A stretch of 64,000 nucleotides of DNA from Paramoeba atlantica (GCA_977017575.1 CDRNVI010000225.1:9429-73428); one strand, 5' to 3'; positions 49,401 through 62,439 are shown, counted from the stretch's first letter. The notes: a model not told the origin generated them from the sequence alone. Made by a program: numbers and translations.

Positions 49401-52400
49401 AAACTGGACAATGGTGGTACCCATCAGACCCACCGATTCAGAATCAATACTTGGAGCAGTGAAGCGAAATCCAGACAAGTCTGAATTCGCCAAATCCCAA
49501 TTCAAAGTAGTCACAGTAACATCTGTCTCTGCATACAACTCAACACTGCACATAGTCATTTTGTTCATTGGTACAGAAATTGGAGAATAAAAGGCGCGAC
49601 TGAGAGAATGCGGATTAATAGGTTTAACATACATTTTCACATTGTTCCATGTACTCTCTATGAAAGATGCACCCCAAATTGCGATATTATAAACGAAACT
49701 CTCATTAAAATCCAATACAAGTAGCCAGAGAACATCTGTCCACACGCTTTTATCGAAAAGAGTATTTTGAAGATACAGAATTTGACCAAAACCAACTTCC
49801 ATTATACCATTTGCTTCAATTCTCCACTGACAAAAAGTACTTCGAGAAAAATCAATGTTCTTTAAGTGAAAAATAGAACCTTGTGAACTATCAATATCAG
49901 AAGAGGAGTAAATTTGAAAATCCCGGAAGTCACAATCAGTAAAAATCAGTGGGTCAGCCTCAGAAATATTGTAGAGTGGAGTACTACCATCAAATTGTCC
50001 GAAAACAACAACGCCAACGTTTGGAGCATTGGAGCTAAAACTTGCTGTGCTGTTGATCAAAACATCATCAAAGATAGAAAAAGAAAAATTTGTTTTTCCT
50101 CCTGCCATGTAGAATGGAGAAAGAGCACAAGATACACAAGAATCTGCAGAGTAAGAACCATCAAAAATGAAATGAACAGTTTTCCAGTAAGAGAAAGGAG
50201 CAACGATATCCAAAAACACAACCCCCCAAACTGGCTTTTTTGGAGAAGGAAAGGGATTGAGCAGATTTAATGCCTGTAAGTCCCCAGAAACTCGAAAAGT
50301 TGTCTCTAACCAACGCGCATTTGAAACATCACAATCATACCAAATAATTGCACCAACTCGCATTCCGTCAATATTTCCTCCATCCAACTTGACCTCTCCA
50401 TCCATCTTAAAAAGGCAATTCGTAAAAACTACATTGCTAAAAATGGTGTCCTGCAAAAAAAGGCCACTGATAAACTCATAGTTATCTTCAGTTACATTTA
50501 AGTAATAACTGGAGTTAGTTTCAATGGTTACACTTTCCCAACTCGCTTCAGCAAAGTCACAATTAACAATCCCAACACCACCTCGACTAACAAATCCAGA
50601 AGATAAAAATGTTCTTGCTCCACCAACCGAAATAACTACAGAATTCCATTCAACATTGTAAAAAGAAGATTCTTCAAAGAGAATGAGGAAATCAGGAGAT
50701 CCAACAATAATGTTATTCTCCACGGATCCAACAACAATTGAGGTATCATCCCACACTGAATGGTCAAAGGTTGATTTGGTTATTCTGACTGCTGAGATTG
50801 CATAAAATTCACATGAGTCAAATGTTGCTAAAAGAAATGTTGAAGAGTCAATCGTAATGTTGTTGCACTCTGGGAATACCACGTTGGTAAAAGAGACACC
50901 AGTGTAGTTTTCTTCAATCATATCACAAGAAGGCCACACACACCCTATTTATTGTGGAAAAGAATTTTTAAAAATTTAATGGTGTTCAACACAACCTTTC
51001 TCAAAAAAAAAATTATCTGATATGATAATATTAAATATTATTAAAGAAAAAGAGAACCAAAATGAACAGTGTCCCCAATTACACATTCAGCAGAGGGAGA
51101 AGGCGAAGGCGAAGGTGAAGGTGCAGGCGAAGGCGGCGGGGGGAAAGCGAGACAAAAACCAGAATTGGGAGCAGATGAATCAGGAGAGAGATAAGGACAA
51201 TCTGAAATTCGCTGAAAAATTTCTTCTGAGCTACAATTTCCTTTCTCTGATTCTTCAATCCCATTTACCTCCACATTACAGAGAATTTTTGCATTCTCAA
51301 CATTGACGTTTTGAAGAGAATTCGCAAGATCAACTTCAACAAGAGAGGAATTCCCAAAACCGACTGAGAGTAAATCACCACCCTCTACAACATCAAGACG
51401 CCAACCAGAAATTTCTGAGAAAGTTAAATCCCAACGCATTTGACAATCAAACCCCGTATCATTGATAGTTGAGTGCATCTCAACACCGCACATTATCATG
51501 GGATCCATTGGTGTTACAACAAAAATCTCAAAGGCGCGGCCAATAATACTATCGACACCAGTATGATGCACATACATCTTCACATTATTCCACGAACTAT
51601 TTGAGAGGGTGATATCGTCCATGAAAACTGCATAAGTATAACGAACTCCGTCAAAGTCGAATTCAGCCAACCAGAGAACATCTGACCAAACAGTTCTGTC
51701 AAAATAAGAAGGTTCCAACATTGAAATCCACGCATTCCATAGAGTAACGGTCTCCAATGAACCGTGTCCCTCAATTGTCCACCGACAAAACGTGCTATCA
51801 CGAAAATCAACTCTTTCGAAGAGAATCGGGCGGGGCTTTAATGTACATCTAATCTCAGTGTCGTGATAGATCTTGAAGTCTCGAAAATCACAATTAGAAA
51901 AATCCAAAGTCCCAGATTCAGAAATATTGTATACTGGATCGTTCATCACACCAAATACAACAACTGTCATGTCTGAGGTGGCTGAACTTTCCTCGACATA
52001 TTCTGCAGTGCAGTTAATTAAAACATCATCAAACACAGAAGAAGAGAAATTGGTTCCATCCCCGACTCCAAAATGGAATGGGATCAAAACACATTCAATA
52101 CATTCAAATGATGCAGAAAATGATCCATCAAGAAGAAAGTCAACCGATTCCCAAGTCGACTCAGGTGCATACATTTCCAAAAATGCAATTCCCCAAATAG
52201 GTCTTTTCTTTGAACCTGTTGTCACATTTTGCCCTTTCAAATCACCAGCAACATGAATAGTTGTCTCGTACCAATGCGAATTTGTTGCATCACAATCATA
52301 CCATATTATCGCGCCCAATCTCATAGCATCACTCTCAATCCCATTGAATGAGATCTCTCCATCCATCTTAAAGAGACAATTCTTAAATACTGCGTTTCGG

Positions 52401-53072
52401 AAAGTGGTCTCTTGGAAGAAAATACCACTGATAAACTCATAGTTATCTTCAGAAGCTGCCAATTCATAAGTCGAATCAGTTTCAATAATCACACTGACCC
52501 AATTCGCTTCATCAAAATCACAATCCACAATTCCAACACCTCCTCGACTGACAAATCCTGAAGATGTAAAGGTTCTTGATCCACCAACTATAATCCTCGT
52601 GGTAATCCAAGCAGTATCATAGAAAGAAGATTCTTCAATGAGAACAAGGAAATCAGGAAGAGGAGTTTCAGAAGAAACATTGGTAACAATAATTGAAGAG
52701 TCAGTCCAAACAGAGTGATCAAAGGTCGATTTGGTGATGATCACTTCAGAATTTGCATAGAATTCACAAAAATCAAAAGTAGCTGAAACAAAGATTGAGG
52801 AATCAATTGTGATCTTGTCACAATCAGGGAATGTCACATTGATGAAAGAGACGTCAGTGTAGTTTTCTCCGATAATATCACAAGAAGGCCATACACAATC
52901 TGAAAAAAGAAAATTATTGTCAGAAAGGGGAAAAATTCATCTTGGGAAAAAAACTTGAAGGAGAACTTGAAGAATCTCCAATCGTACAAAAAGCCGTGTT
53001 GGTTGGAGAAACGAAGACGAGAACCACCACAAAAGAAAGAAACAGAAGGGGAGAAGAATGTTGTCGTAGCAT
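43208..53072 (-). CDS. ~3200-aa single-pass surface protein: signal peptide, 3 x ~580-aa repeats, ~480-aa (SP)n stalk, REJ/PKD-like region, GPS motif, one TM, short tail
   Basis: ORFs 51041..52837, 49131..50939 and 43208..49117 each begin near (G)CVWPSCD after a spliceable intron. The GPS-like CAFLAG...GC...[14 protein letters not shown] lies just before a TM helix. The REJ-like segment is [25 protein letters not shown]...YLF. Confidence 0.85.
45810..47280 (-). repeat. Ser-Pro dipeptide coding repeat (extensin/mucin-like stalk)
   Basis: About 240 imperfect TCN-CCN dipeptides in frame within ORF 43208..49117. Confidence 0.95.
48533..52897 (-). repeat. Near-identical ~510-bp blocks (48533-49043 and 52385-52897) at the starts of repeats 3 and 1
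   Basis: The DNA is almost identical, including synonymous sites, while the rest of the repeats are strongly diverged. Confidence 0.92.
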
Positions 53073-53398
53073 CTGGGCCTTATTTGAAAAAAGAAAGAAG
53101 AAAGAAAGAAGGCGGTTCAAGTCAAAAGAAAAGAGAGAGAGAAGAGAGGGAAGAAGGAAGAAAAGAGAAAGCAAAAGCTTTCTACTCTTTTGTGGAGAAA
53201 AAAAGGAACGTTGGTTTGATCCCACAAGGAATAATCCCAAAAATTGTGAACGAACTGTGCGATTTTTTAAAAAACTTCCTTTTTCGGTTTTTTGACCAGA
53301 TTTCTCCGACTGATCTTCCAGATTGAGTGTTGTGTGGTTCGATTCCCAACAAGGAAAGCTTTTTTGGTCTATTATTTATTCATCAATCAAGGTTTTTT

Positions 53399-54909
53399 TC
53401 AACCAAAATAATTTGGAGCAAAAGAAACTGGGCCAGTAGTAAAGGAGTTTGGGTTTCCACAACCAAAAAGATCGAAACTAACATCAATGTCCGTGCTTTG
53501 GACTACTTTTCCACTTTCCACATCAATCTGGTAGAAAACTTTCGTCTTTTCAATGAAATAGGCATTGCTCACATAATAAAACTGACCCAGGGAACCACTG
53601 GCGACATCAAAATCACCAGGAGGAGCATATCCAACAGGGGCATCAAAAAAAGCAACTTGGTCAGCATTTCCAGATACATCTTCAGAACCTGAGAGAAACA
53701 AACGAAAAAATGTGTGTCATGTGTGATATTGTCCATTGAAAGGAGGAAAAAACAAAACCTGAATAAGGAGTTGCACCACTATCAGTTGTATAATAAAAAA
53801 TCGTGGAAATGTCTTGTGTGCTTGGAAGAACTGTAGTGCTTTGCCAAAGGTTGGCAACTTGATCCAAAAGAACCACATCTACAAAAGAAATTGAAAAAAT
53901 CAATCAAAGATTAAAGAAAAAATTAAAATTCAAAAAAAAAAAACTGGTTGAGAACCATGAATGAGACCAGTCAGTGATTCAAGACCCATCATACAATGAG
54001 GGACTGCTGATTGCCCAAACCAACCGCATTGTTGACTGTAATTGCCACTTTGTCCATTTGTGACTTGAAACCAAACAACTCCATCTGAAAATGTTGAATT
54101 ATTATGTGAACCATGAACATAAAAAAACCAACTTTAAAGAAGATTCTTGTGACTTCAAAAAAAAAAAAAGAGAGAGGAACCTGGAGAAAGGGTCTGTTGT
54201 GTCGAACCCATCCCCAAAAAAAACATGGACACGTCTAAAAGGGGAGAAAAATTGCCTATTCTCTCAATTCTTCAGAATCTTCTCTCAAAGAGTTCTCTGA
54301 AAAAAAAAAAAAGAACCAGAGGGGAGCTCAATAATTCCATACGTAAAGCCCATCATTGCCAACAAAACACCAGAGGGATGGTAAAGGATCCAAGAAAAGG
54401 AGAACAATTCTCAAAAAAGAGGGGAAAAAAACTTAGGAACACAAAAAAAAACAACTCGAAACAAATTGATGAAAGGAATAGAGAGTTACTGGGGTCAAGA
54501 GAAACATTGAGATATTGCTTTCCATGATTTGAAAGATCAAACGCTCGAAGGACACCCCCGTAAGTTGCTCCCGCTTGTGCGAGAATATAGAGTGAGTTGT
54601 TTCCAGTGCAGGAGACAGGATCAGCTCCTGGGTTAAAATCTAAAAAAAGAAAAAAAAAAATCAAAAGCGAATCTTTGTTTTTTGAAAAACCCAACTATGA
54701 AAAACTAGGAAACCTTGAAAGAACAACGGCATGGTAAAAGATTCGCCAGCAGAAAACCAAAACTCCCCTCCATCTGTCGTTGCTAACGGGGTATATCGAG
54801 TTGCCAAAGTGGTTGCATCAGCGCACTGAAAGGTAACAATTGGAGAACCATTGCCAAAGATGCCACAAAAGAAGAAAGAGGAGAGAAGCAAGTACACCAC
54901 AAGAAACAT
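53399..54909 (-). CDS. Multi-exon secreted hypothetical protein; 3' end uncertain
   Basis: Signal peptide MFLVVYLLLSSFFFCGIFG. Beta-rich exons such as SLYILAQAGATYGGVLRAFDLS and KVFYQIDVESGKVVQS. Confidence 0.6.
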
Positions 54910-55126
54910 AATTTTGAGAAGAAAACCAACAACCAAACCAGCAACAAAACTCACCCAAAAAAATGGCGAGTGGAGGAAGGTTTTTTTGTATGGATTTTCC
55001 CACAGAAAAATGTTAAAAAGACTCTGGAAAGGAGCGTAATATTTCTTCGAATTCTTTTTTTTTTCGTTCTTTCTTCCTTGACCGTTTTTCCTCAAACCCT
55101 TTCTTGATAAGTGGTTCAAAGTAAAA

Positions 55127-56080
55127 ATGTCTCCTCCAATTCCCCCAAAACAAAAACAAAAACAACAACAACCACCTCCCCGTAAATCCAGAGCCCTCCC
55201 TCGTCCAAACTTTTTGCTGGACCTTGTTGTTGGTGGATTGGCTGGATCAGTATCAAAGACTGTGACTGCTCCGTTAGAATGTGTGAAGATTGTGATGCAA
55301 ACAATGGGTTCTCATCCAAAAGTTCTCAGTGGCCAAGTGCAACCCTATTCAAGTGTGGGAAATTGTGTTTATCGTCTTTGGAAGGAGAATGGGATTCAAG
55401 CCTTTTGGAGTGGGAATCTTACGAATTGCCTTCGATATCTCCCAGTCCAGATCTCAAATTTCGTTTTTGCTGATGCCTGTCGTGCCCTCTTCCCTAAGAA
55501 AGACCCTAAGAAGGACTTTTGGGGTTCAGTGTTCAATAGTGTGATGGCTGGTGGGTTAGGTGGGTCCATAGCTTTATTCTTCTGTTATCCATTCGATTTT
55601 GCACACACTCGTCTCGCCTCTGATCTTGTTGGAGGTGGAAAGTGCCAATTTTCTGGACTTTTTGATTCAACTCGCAAAGCTGGATGGGGTATGTACCGAG
55701 GGATGGGAGTCACAATTGCTGGTGTTTTTATTCATCGAGCATTTCAATATACCGTTTATAACACTGTGAGGGGATTCTTTCGTGAGCTGGGGCCAGTTTC
55801 TATTTTTTTTCTGGCAAATATCCCTCGAATTATTACATTACCATTCGTTTATCCTTTGGATACAGTCCGACGACGTCTGATGTTGGATGCTGAAATGCCA
55901 GTTTCAACATATCAGGGAGTTTTCCATTGTGTGAAAGAAATCTTTCAGAATGAAGGGATTGCTGGTTTTTATCAAGGGATATCACTGGATATTATCCGTG
56001 GGATGGGAGCTGTTTTAACTCTGATGTTGTATGATCAAGTCAAGACTTGGATCCAGAACCAAGATGAGGAAGAGAAATAA
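55127..56080 (+). CDS. AAC: Mitochondrial carrier, ADP/ATP translocase-like (divergent, intronless)
   Basis: Three carrier repeats (APLECVK, YPFDFAHTRL, YPLDTVRRRLM), FWSGNLTNCLRY, and RRRLML as a variant of the RRRMMM signature. Confidence 0.88.
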   Translation: MSPPIPPKQKQKQQQPPPRKSRALPRPNFLLDLVVGGLAGSVSKTVTAPLECVKIVMQTMGSHPKVLSGQVQPYSSVGNCVYRLWKENGIQAFWSGNLTNCLRYLPVQISNFVFADACRALFPKKDPKKDFWGSVFNSVMAGGLGGSIALFFCYPFDFAHTRLASDLVGGGKCQFSGLFDSTRKAGWGMYRGMGVTIAGVFIHRAFQYTVYNTVRGFFRELGPVSIFFLANIPRIITLPFVYPLDTVRRRLMLDAEMPVSTYQGVFHCVKEIFQNEGIAGFYQGISLDIIRGMGAVLTLMLYDQVKTWIQNQDEEEK

Positions 56081-56315
56081 ACAATGTCTTCTTCCTTTTT
56101 CATCTTTTCTTTATTTCTCTCTTTTTCAATTCCTTGAAGTTCAATGCTATTTGTTGAAAGAGAAGAAGGTCAAGATTTATTTGGTGAGAGACTGAAGGGG
56201 ATTTAGAAAGTCTTTTTTAGGAAAATAAAATCTTGATTCCTCTCTTTTTTTTTTTTTGGTTTGCTTGTTTTCTTCTTTCACTTGCGAAAAGAAGAGGAAT
56301 GAAGAGTTTGTTTTT

Positions 56316-59300
56316 TTATCTTCTCTTGGCTGGTTTTTCAGAAACTTGACAATGCTGACCAATGGAAAAAAGCCAATCGTCTCTTTCTTTTTCACTCTTT
56401 GCCGCAAATCGATTGGTAAATTGTCCACTGAGCAAGTTCGAGAGAACAACAAGAAAGATAAATCTCTTTCCCTCTTTTCCCATTTCCTCCTCTCCTTGAG
56501 CAGAAATAACATCAGCAGAATACTCACATCGCCTTTTCTCAGAATCTAAGAAGATAGTGAACTTCTGATCTTCGATAACAACATATCTGTCTCGATCTGG
56601 GTTGCAAGGAATAATTCGTTTTACCCATCCCTTTTTTTCTCCATCCATTCTCTCTCTTTTTGAATTTTTGAAACACAAAACACAAAATGACAAATTTGGA
56701 AAAAAAAACAAAGAACGTGGTGGGCTTCAGTGAATTGAAATTAAAATCTTATGATTTAAGTTTTTTATTTATCTTGCTTTCCTTTGTTCAATTCTCAAGA
56801 GAAATATAAATATTAAGAACAGTAAAAGACTGTTTGAAAATCCTCCTCTAGTCTTCACAAACAAAATTTCTTTTTCCCTTCTCAAGAATTCCACCAACTC
56901 TGTTTTCGAGGAGCCCTCGGTTCAATCTCAAGTGATTTTTCATAGACTTCTTTTTCTCCCATCATCGGTTTTAATAGTAATTTTTTATAATCCAAACCCA
57001 TCTCTTCCACTTCAAGACAACCCCCAAATTTTTCTTTTTGGAATTGCAAAAGTCCTCCCACAGTCTCAGAGAATAATTGGAATTTCTGAGGAAGAGAATT
57101 AGAAATGAAATGGGAAAAAAGAAAGGTAAAAAAGAAGGGAGGCATAAAAGTAAATTTAATTCTCCAACACAAAAGTAAAGAAAAAACATCGACAAACCGC
57201 CCCCTCCCCCCCCCCCCCCCCAAAAAAAAAAATTAAATAAATCAAAAAAATACCTGAAAATTAATATAAAAAGTGTGACTCCCCTCGTCAATAACATCCA
57301 AATTTCCCTCCTCAATAAACACCAAATCAGACAAAGTAATCCCAATATATGGAATGGATGGTCTCTTACTTTCTCGGAGCAGTTTTCGACTTAGCGACCA
57401 ATTTTGGAGGGGGGAGAAAATTTTTTCAAGAGCTTCGAATTTGGTTTTGATGTTTGGATCGATTAATCCCCAGGTTCTGGAGAGACGAGAGACTGTGGAG
57501 AGAGAGAGAGAGAGAAAAAATCAAGAATAAGTGATCACTTGAAAATAAAATAAAAAGTATTTTTCGATACATTTTAATAATGATTAGAAAATAAATAAAA
57601 AATAAAAAAACAAAACTGGAAGAATGAGAAAGAGAAGCCATTACAGCTTGAGCACCATGATAATTCCTCATCTCAACCAGAATACCAACAAGTTCAATCG
57701 CAGCTTGAATTAACCCCACTCTCTTTCTTAATCTCCTTTCACTTACAATTGTACTTGTAATCCACAACGCAGTATCATTAAAATTTGAAATCATTTCTTT
57801 TACATTTGGAGCTCCTCCTTTCTTTTCTCCTTTCTTTTCTTCTTCCTTTTCTCCTTTCTTTTCTTCTTCTTCTTCTTCTCCTTTCATCCACCTTAAGCAA
57901 AGAAATTCTTCAGGTTGAATCTGAGAAAAAACTTTCGAATCTCTCCATGTCAAAAGTTCAGCAACACTCGAAGGATGAGAACGAGAAAAATAAATCGCAT
58001 TTGCATGACCACCTTGATTTGAAAGTGCCAGCGAATCTTCAGAAAGAGAAGGAGAAGAAGAAGAAGAAGTAAGAATCGAGAAACCAGCCACAGATTGCAT
58101 AAAAGAATTCTTTCGAGGAGATATTATTGAAAAAATTGCAGGACTTGTAGGAGGCGAAGTATTTGCTTGATTTAATCCAGCAGGAGAAGATGGTCGTAAA
58201 CTTGGAATTGAAGAAGAAGGAGATGGTTTGGAGAATAATACTGGAGATGAAGCTTGTGGTGATAGTTTTGGGGGGATTCTTTTTGGTGATAATTTTGGTG
58301 ATAAAAATCCTGTTGTTTTGTTTTTGGATTTTTGTGTGAAAGGTGGTGTTAAGGGTGTTGTTTGTTTTTGTTGAGGGAGAGCTCTGTTGGGAGAGTTCTT
58401 TTGTAAAGTGGTTTCTTGGTTTTGTTTAGGAGGAGGAAGTGCTTCTGGTTCGTCATCATCGTCGAACATCCAATCACGATCTCTCTTTCGAAATTGTTGT
58501 TCTGTCGTTTTTTCCTCTTCTTCTTGTTCTGGTTGCTGTTCGTTATCTGTTGTTGCTGTTGTTGTTGCTGTTGTTGCTGCTGTTGTTGCTGCTGCTGTTG
58601 TTGCTGCTGTTGTTGCTGCTGCTGTTGTTGCTGCTGTTGCTGCTGCTGTTGCTGTTGTTGCTGTTGCTGTTGCTGTTGTTGCTGTTTCTGTTGTTGTTGT
58701 TGCTTGAGGTGATAAAACCTCTTCTTCTGGTCTTGAAAATCTCTTTTCCTTTTCTTTTTGAAGTATAATACAAAGCTTTTCACATAACTCTCGAAGTAGA
58801 GACCGAGGAAGCGGATTTGGTGGCAATTGGTGCGAACGCTCCAAAAACAAATCAAAAGTTTGAATAACATCCTTTGTAGTCAGTTGCTTTGCAAAAACAA
58901 CCACCCAAAGTCGAAAAAAGTATTGAAGATGAAGAAAGTGATTAGCAAGGATTGGATGTTTCTCAAGTTCCACTTCGTCTGTTTCAAGAGCGAGTGGAGG
59001 TGTAACTGGGCGAATCTCTTCTTCTTCCTTTTCGCAAGTTGATGGAGAAGTTGATGGAGATGTTGGTGGTGGTTCTTTCGCTACATCCGCGAGTACGAAA
59101 CGAAATTCTTTCACAATATCTTGAATTGATGTGAAAGCTGGATGGGCAATTACAAAAGAGATGACATACGACTGGTGGAAAGATGTTGAGTTTTCTGGAG
59201 GTTGGATTTCTCCTCCCCCCAGGAATGGTAATGATGATTCAAATAAAAATGAAGAAGGGGTTGCTGAAGAGTGTGAAGAAGAAGAGGAACAGGGAGGAAA

Positions 59301-61230
59301 GGAACTGGTAGAAGAAGGAGAGAAATTTTTTATCATTTCAGAATCGACATGATGAAGAAAGCCTTCTGGTTCACCTGAAAGACTGCTGAGTTCAGCGAAC
59401 TCTGGACTTGCTGGAGAAGGAGTTTGAGGCGACGAAGAAACTAATGGTGGTTCACTTAAATAAAGTTGTTCTTGTTCTCGTTCTTGTTGATCTCGTGGAC
59501 GGGAAGGTTGTAAAGGTGAAGAAATGCCTTTCTTGTCTCTTTTTTTCTTCTTTTCTTTCTTTTCTCTCCTTTTTTTCTTATCTCTTTTTCCTTTCACAAT
59601 CTTTTCTGTATCTTCCCAATCCCTTTTATCTTGCTTTGGGGTTGTATTTTCTGGAAGAGGAGTCAATTCAGAATCCTCAATCTCTTCTTCTTTCTCTTCT
59701 TCTTTGGACTTTATACACCCTCCTTCTCTCACTCCGTCTTCTTCTTGCTGTTGTAATGGAGAAGAAGGAGAAGAGGAAGAGCACATCTCCGGAAGTGAAG
59801 GACTTGAAAGAGATGAAGCAGCCATTGTGGGAGCCATTAAATTCGAATTACTCCGATTCGGTGAGTTTTCTGGAGAAAAGGATTTTCGAAATGTACTCGA
59901 TAAATCTGGCGGTTTCGAAAGAAGAACATTTTTGGGATACATAATTGAATTGAGTAATGAGGGGTTAAGGAGAGCGGTGACAAGTCCTCGAAGTGTTCCT
60001 GTTTTGAGTTGCCCTGAATCTCCAAACATTAGGGGGTTTAGGGGTGATTTCTTTGTTGAGTTGTCGTTTGTTTCTCTCGGGGAAGAAGGGGAAGAAAGAC
60101 TATCTATCAGAACTCCCTCGCGACCTCCTAGAATGAAAGTTTGGCATGAAAAAAAAAAAAATGTGGAAAAAACATACACACACTCTGTGTTTCCCAATAA
60201 AAGAAAGGAGTTTTTTTTATCCATCAATCAAAAAAAAAACAACTTCAAAAAAAAAAACAACTTCAAAAAAAAAAAAGAAAAAAAAGGGGGGAAAAAAAAG
60301 GGAAAAAAAAAGGGGGGAAAACCTGCAAGCGGCTGTTCAAGCTCATGAGAAATCTCAAGAATCTCTTTCTGCATAGCAGGACGAACAAGAAGAGAAGGAA
60401 ACATCCCTCTCTCTTTTGTCCGAACATTCAACCCCTCCATCCACTGCGCACCCACAACCTTAGAAACAAAAATATAATCCCCCTCACCAAACGAAAGCAT
60501 TGTTTTCTTTGTTGTCATAAAATTCGTCACGCCAACATAATATCGATTTCCTTGTTTTTGTCCAATTTTCCATTCAGCAGCACCTTGACTTCCTTCATTA
60601 TCAAGGACAAAGATTTTTCCAGACACTGCGCGGAGAAGACGCCCTCTTTGTTTCCGTGACGACATTATTTGTCCCTTTTTTATCTGTTTTTGGGGATCAA
60701 ATTCAAAAACACCGAGACTTTTGCTTCTTTCGGATGATTGTTGTGGAGGAGAGAGACGGAATATAGAAGGCGGGGAAGAAGAAGAAGGATCTTCTGAACC
60801 GTTTGGAGAAGAAGAATTTATAAAAGGATGTGGCATTGTGGGAAGAGGTTGAGTTGCTCGTAAATGAGGAATTTGTGGCGTTTGTACAGATTTTAGTGAA
60901 GAAGATTTTGATCTATTCATTGTTGTTGTTGTTGGCTCTAAAGAATTTCGATAATTACTCAAACTAAATTTTTTCCCCGCCGAGGTGTCACTCTCCAAAT
61001 TTCCAAGAGGAGGTTTTGGATTTGGCAAATTAAATTCAAAAAATGATTCTTTTGGAGAAGGAACGGGGTTGGCGGGGTTGAAATTAAGGTTTTGGCACCG
61101 CGGATGGTGACTCTCTCTTGAATCAAAAGATTTGGTCATTTTTCTTTCTCTTTTTTGGTCTGGATCTGTGGCGATAAATTCTTCGAGGTCGAGGAGCGAG
61201 AGATTGTCTCCGAGGTTTGATGATCCTTGA
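56316..61230 (-). CDS. SH3 + RasGEF (REM + CDC25) + C-terminal PH protein, multi-exon
   Basis: SH3: MLSFGEGDYIFV...WMEG...GMFPS. REM: GTLRGLVTALL. CDC25: VAELLTWRDSKVFSQIQPEEFL...ISNFNDTALWI...RNYHGAQAVMASL, IPYIG, SLEIEPR. PH: KGWVKRI...FAAKSEKERDDWLFSI. Poly-Thr/Ala tract at ~58550-58710. Confidence 0.85.
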
Positions 61231-61620
61231 TTTGTTTTTTTTTTTTTTAGAAAAGAAAAAGAAAAGAAAAAAGAATTTTAATTTTTGTATTTTTTTTTTT
61301 GCTTTTTTAGAATTTTGGAATTATTTTTGGAAACAAAATAAAAAATGAATTCAAAACCTTTTCTGCTCGTAAAACCTTTCGAAAAGAAAAAGAAAAATTA
61401 GTCATTTTTCATTTTTATTGAGCAAAAAAAGAAAAAAACATTTTCAAAAAAAAAAAAAGAAAAACTTAATAAAAGAAAAAAAGAAAGAAAAATGAAATGA
61501 AAAAAAAAAGAAAAAAAAAGAAAAAAAAAAAGAAAAAAAAAAGAAAAAAAAAAGAAAAAACCTCCAACAGACATTGTTCTTGTTCCCTGAGAAGCTTTTC
61601 TTGAAGGGTTCACACTCCCT

Positions 61621-61903
61621 GTTCTACAAGACCCTGCGAAATATTATATAATTATTATTCAATAGAAAAACAAGAAATAATTATTTTTTTTTAATTTTTT
61701 TAAATTAAAGTTCTACAAGACCCTGCGAAATATTATATAATTATTATTCAATAAAAAAAAGAAGAAATAATATTTTTTTTTTGATTTTTTTTAATTAAAG
61801 TTCGATTAAAGTTCTACAAGACCCTGCGAAATATTATATAATTATTATTCAATAGAAAAACAAGAAAGATTTTTTTTTTGAATTTTTTTTGAATTAAAGT
61901 TCG
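61621..61903. repeat. Three tandem ~90-100-bp units spanning a splice acceptor
   Basis: gttctacaagaccctgcgaaatattatataattattattcaata begins at 61621, 61710 and 61811. Confidence 0.9.
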
Positions 61904-62439
61904 AAAATAATGCTGTCTCGTTTTTTTTTAGTGTACACAAACATAAATAAATTAAAAATAAATAAATAACAAAATAAATTAAAATAAATAAATTAAAAAT
62001 AAAATTAAAAACCTGTCATTCTCGCCGAAATACTAATTGTCAATTCTTCTTTTTCTTTTTCAGAATAAATATATTTTTTAGAAGAAAAAAAAGTCGAAAT
62101 TTCAAAAGAAGAAGACTTTTTTCCAAATTCAATACAAGATTCATCCACTTTTATCAGAAATAAAATTAAAAGCTGTCAAAAAGAAATGAGAAAAATCACA
62201 GGAAATGGAAGAAGAAAGAGAAAGAGAAATTGGGAAAGAAAAGCAAACAAACGAAAGAAAAGAAAAGAAATAAATAATAGAAATCAAAGAAGAAAATAAC
62301 AAATAAATAAAATAAAGAAAGAAATTAAAGAAAATAAAGAAATAAGAATAAAATAAAATAAAAATTAAAATAAAATAAAACAAAATAAAATAAAAAACAA
62401 AAGAAAAACAAAAGAAAAAGAAAAGAAAAGAAAATACTT

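Noticed and set aside
58349-58870. Poly-Gln, poly-Asn/Ser, poly-Cys and poly-Leu ORFs
   Set aside because: These are alternative frames of the (ACA/GCA)n tract; the Thr/Ala frame is the one continuous with the RasGEF.
61621-61903. MITE or CRISPR-like repeat
   Set aside because: Head-to-tail units with no unique spacers, terminal inverted repeats or TSD; a simple tandem duplication.
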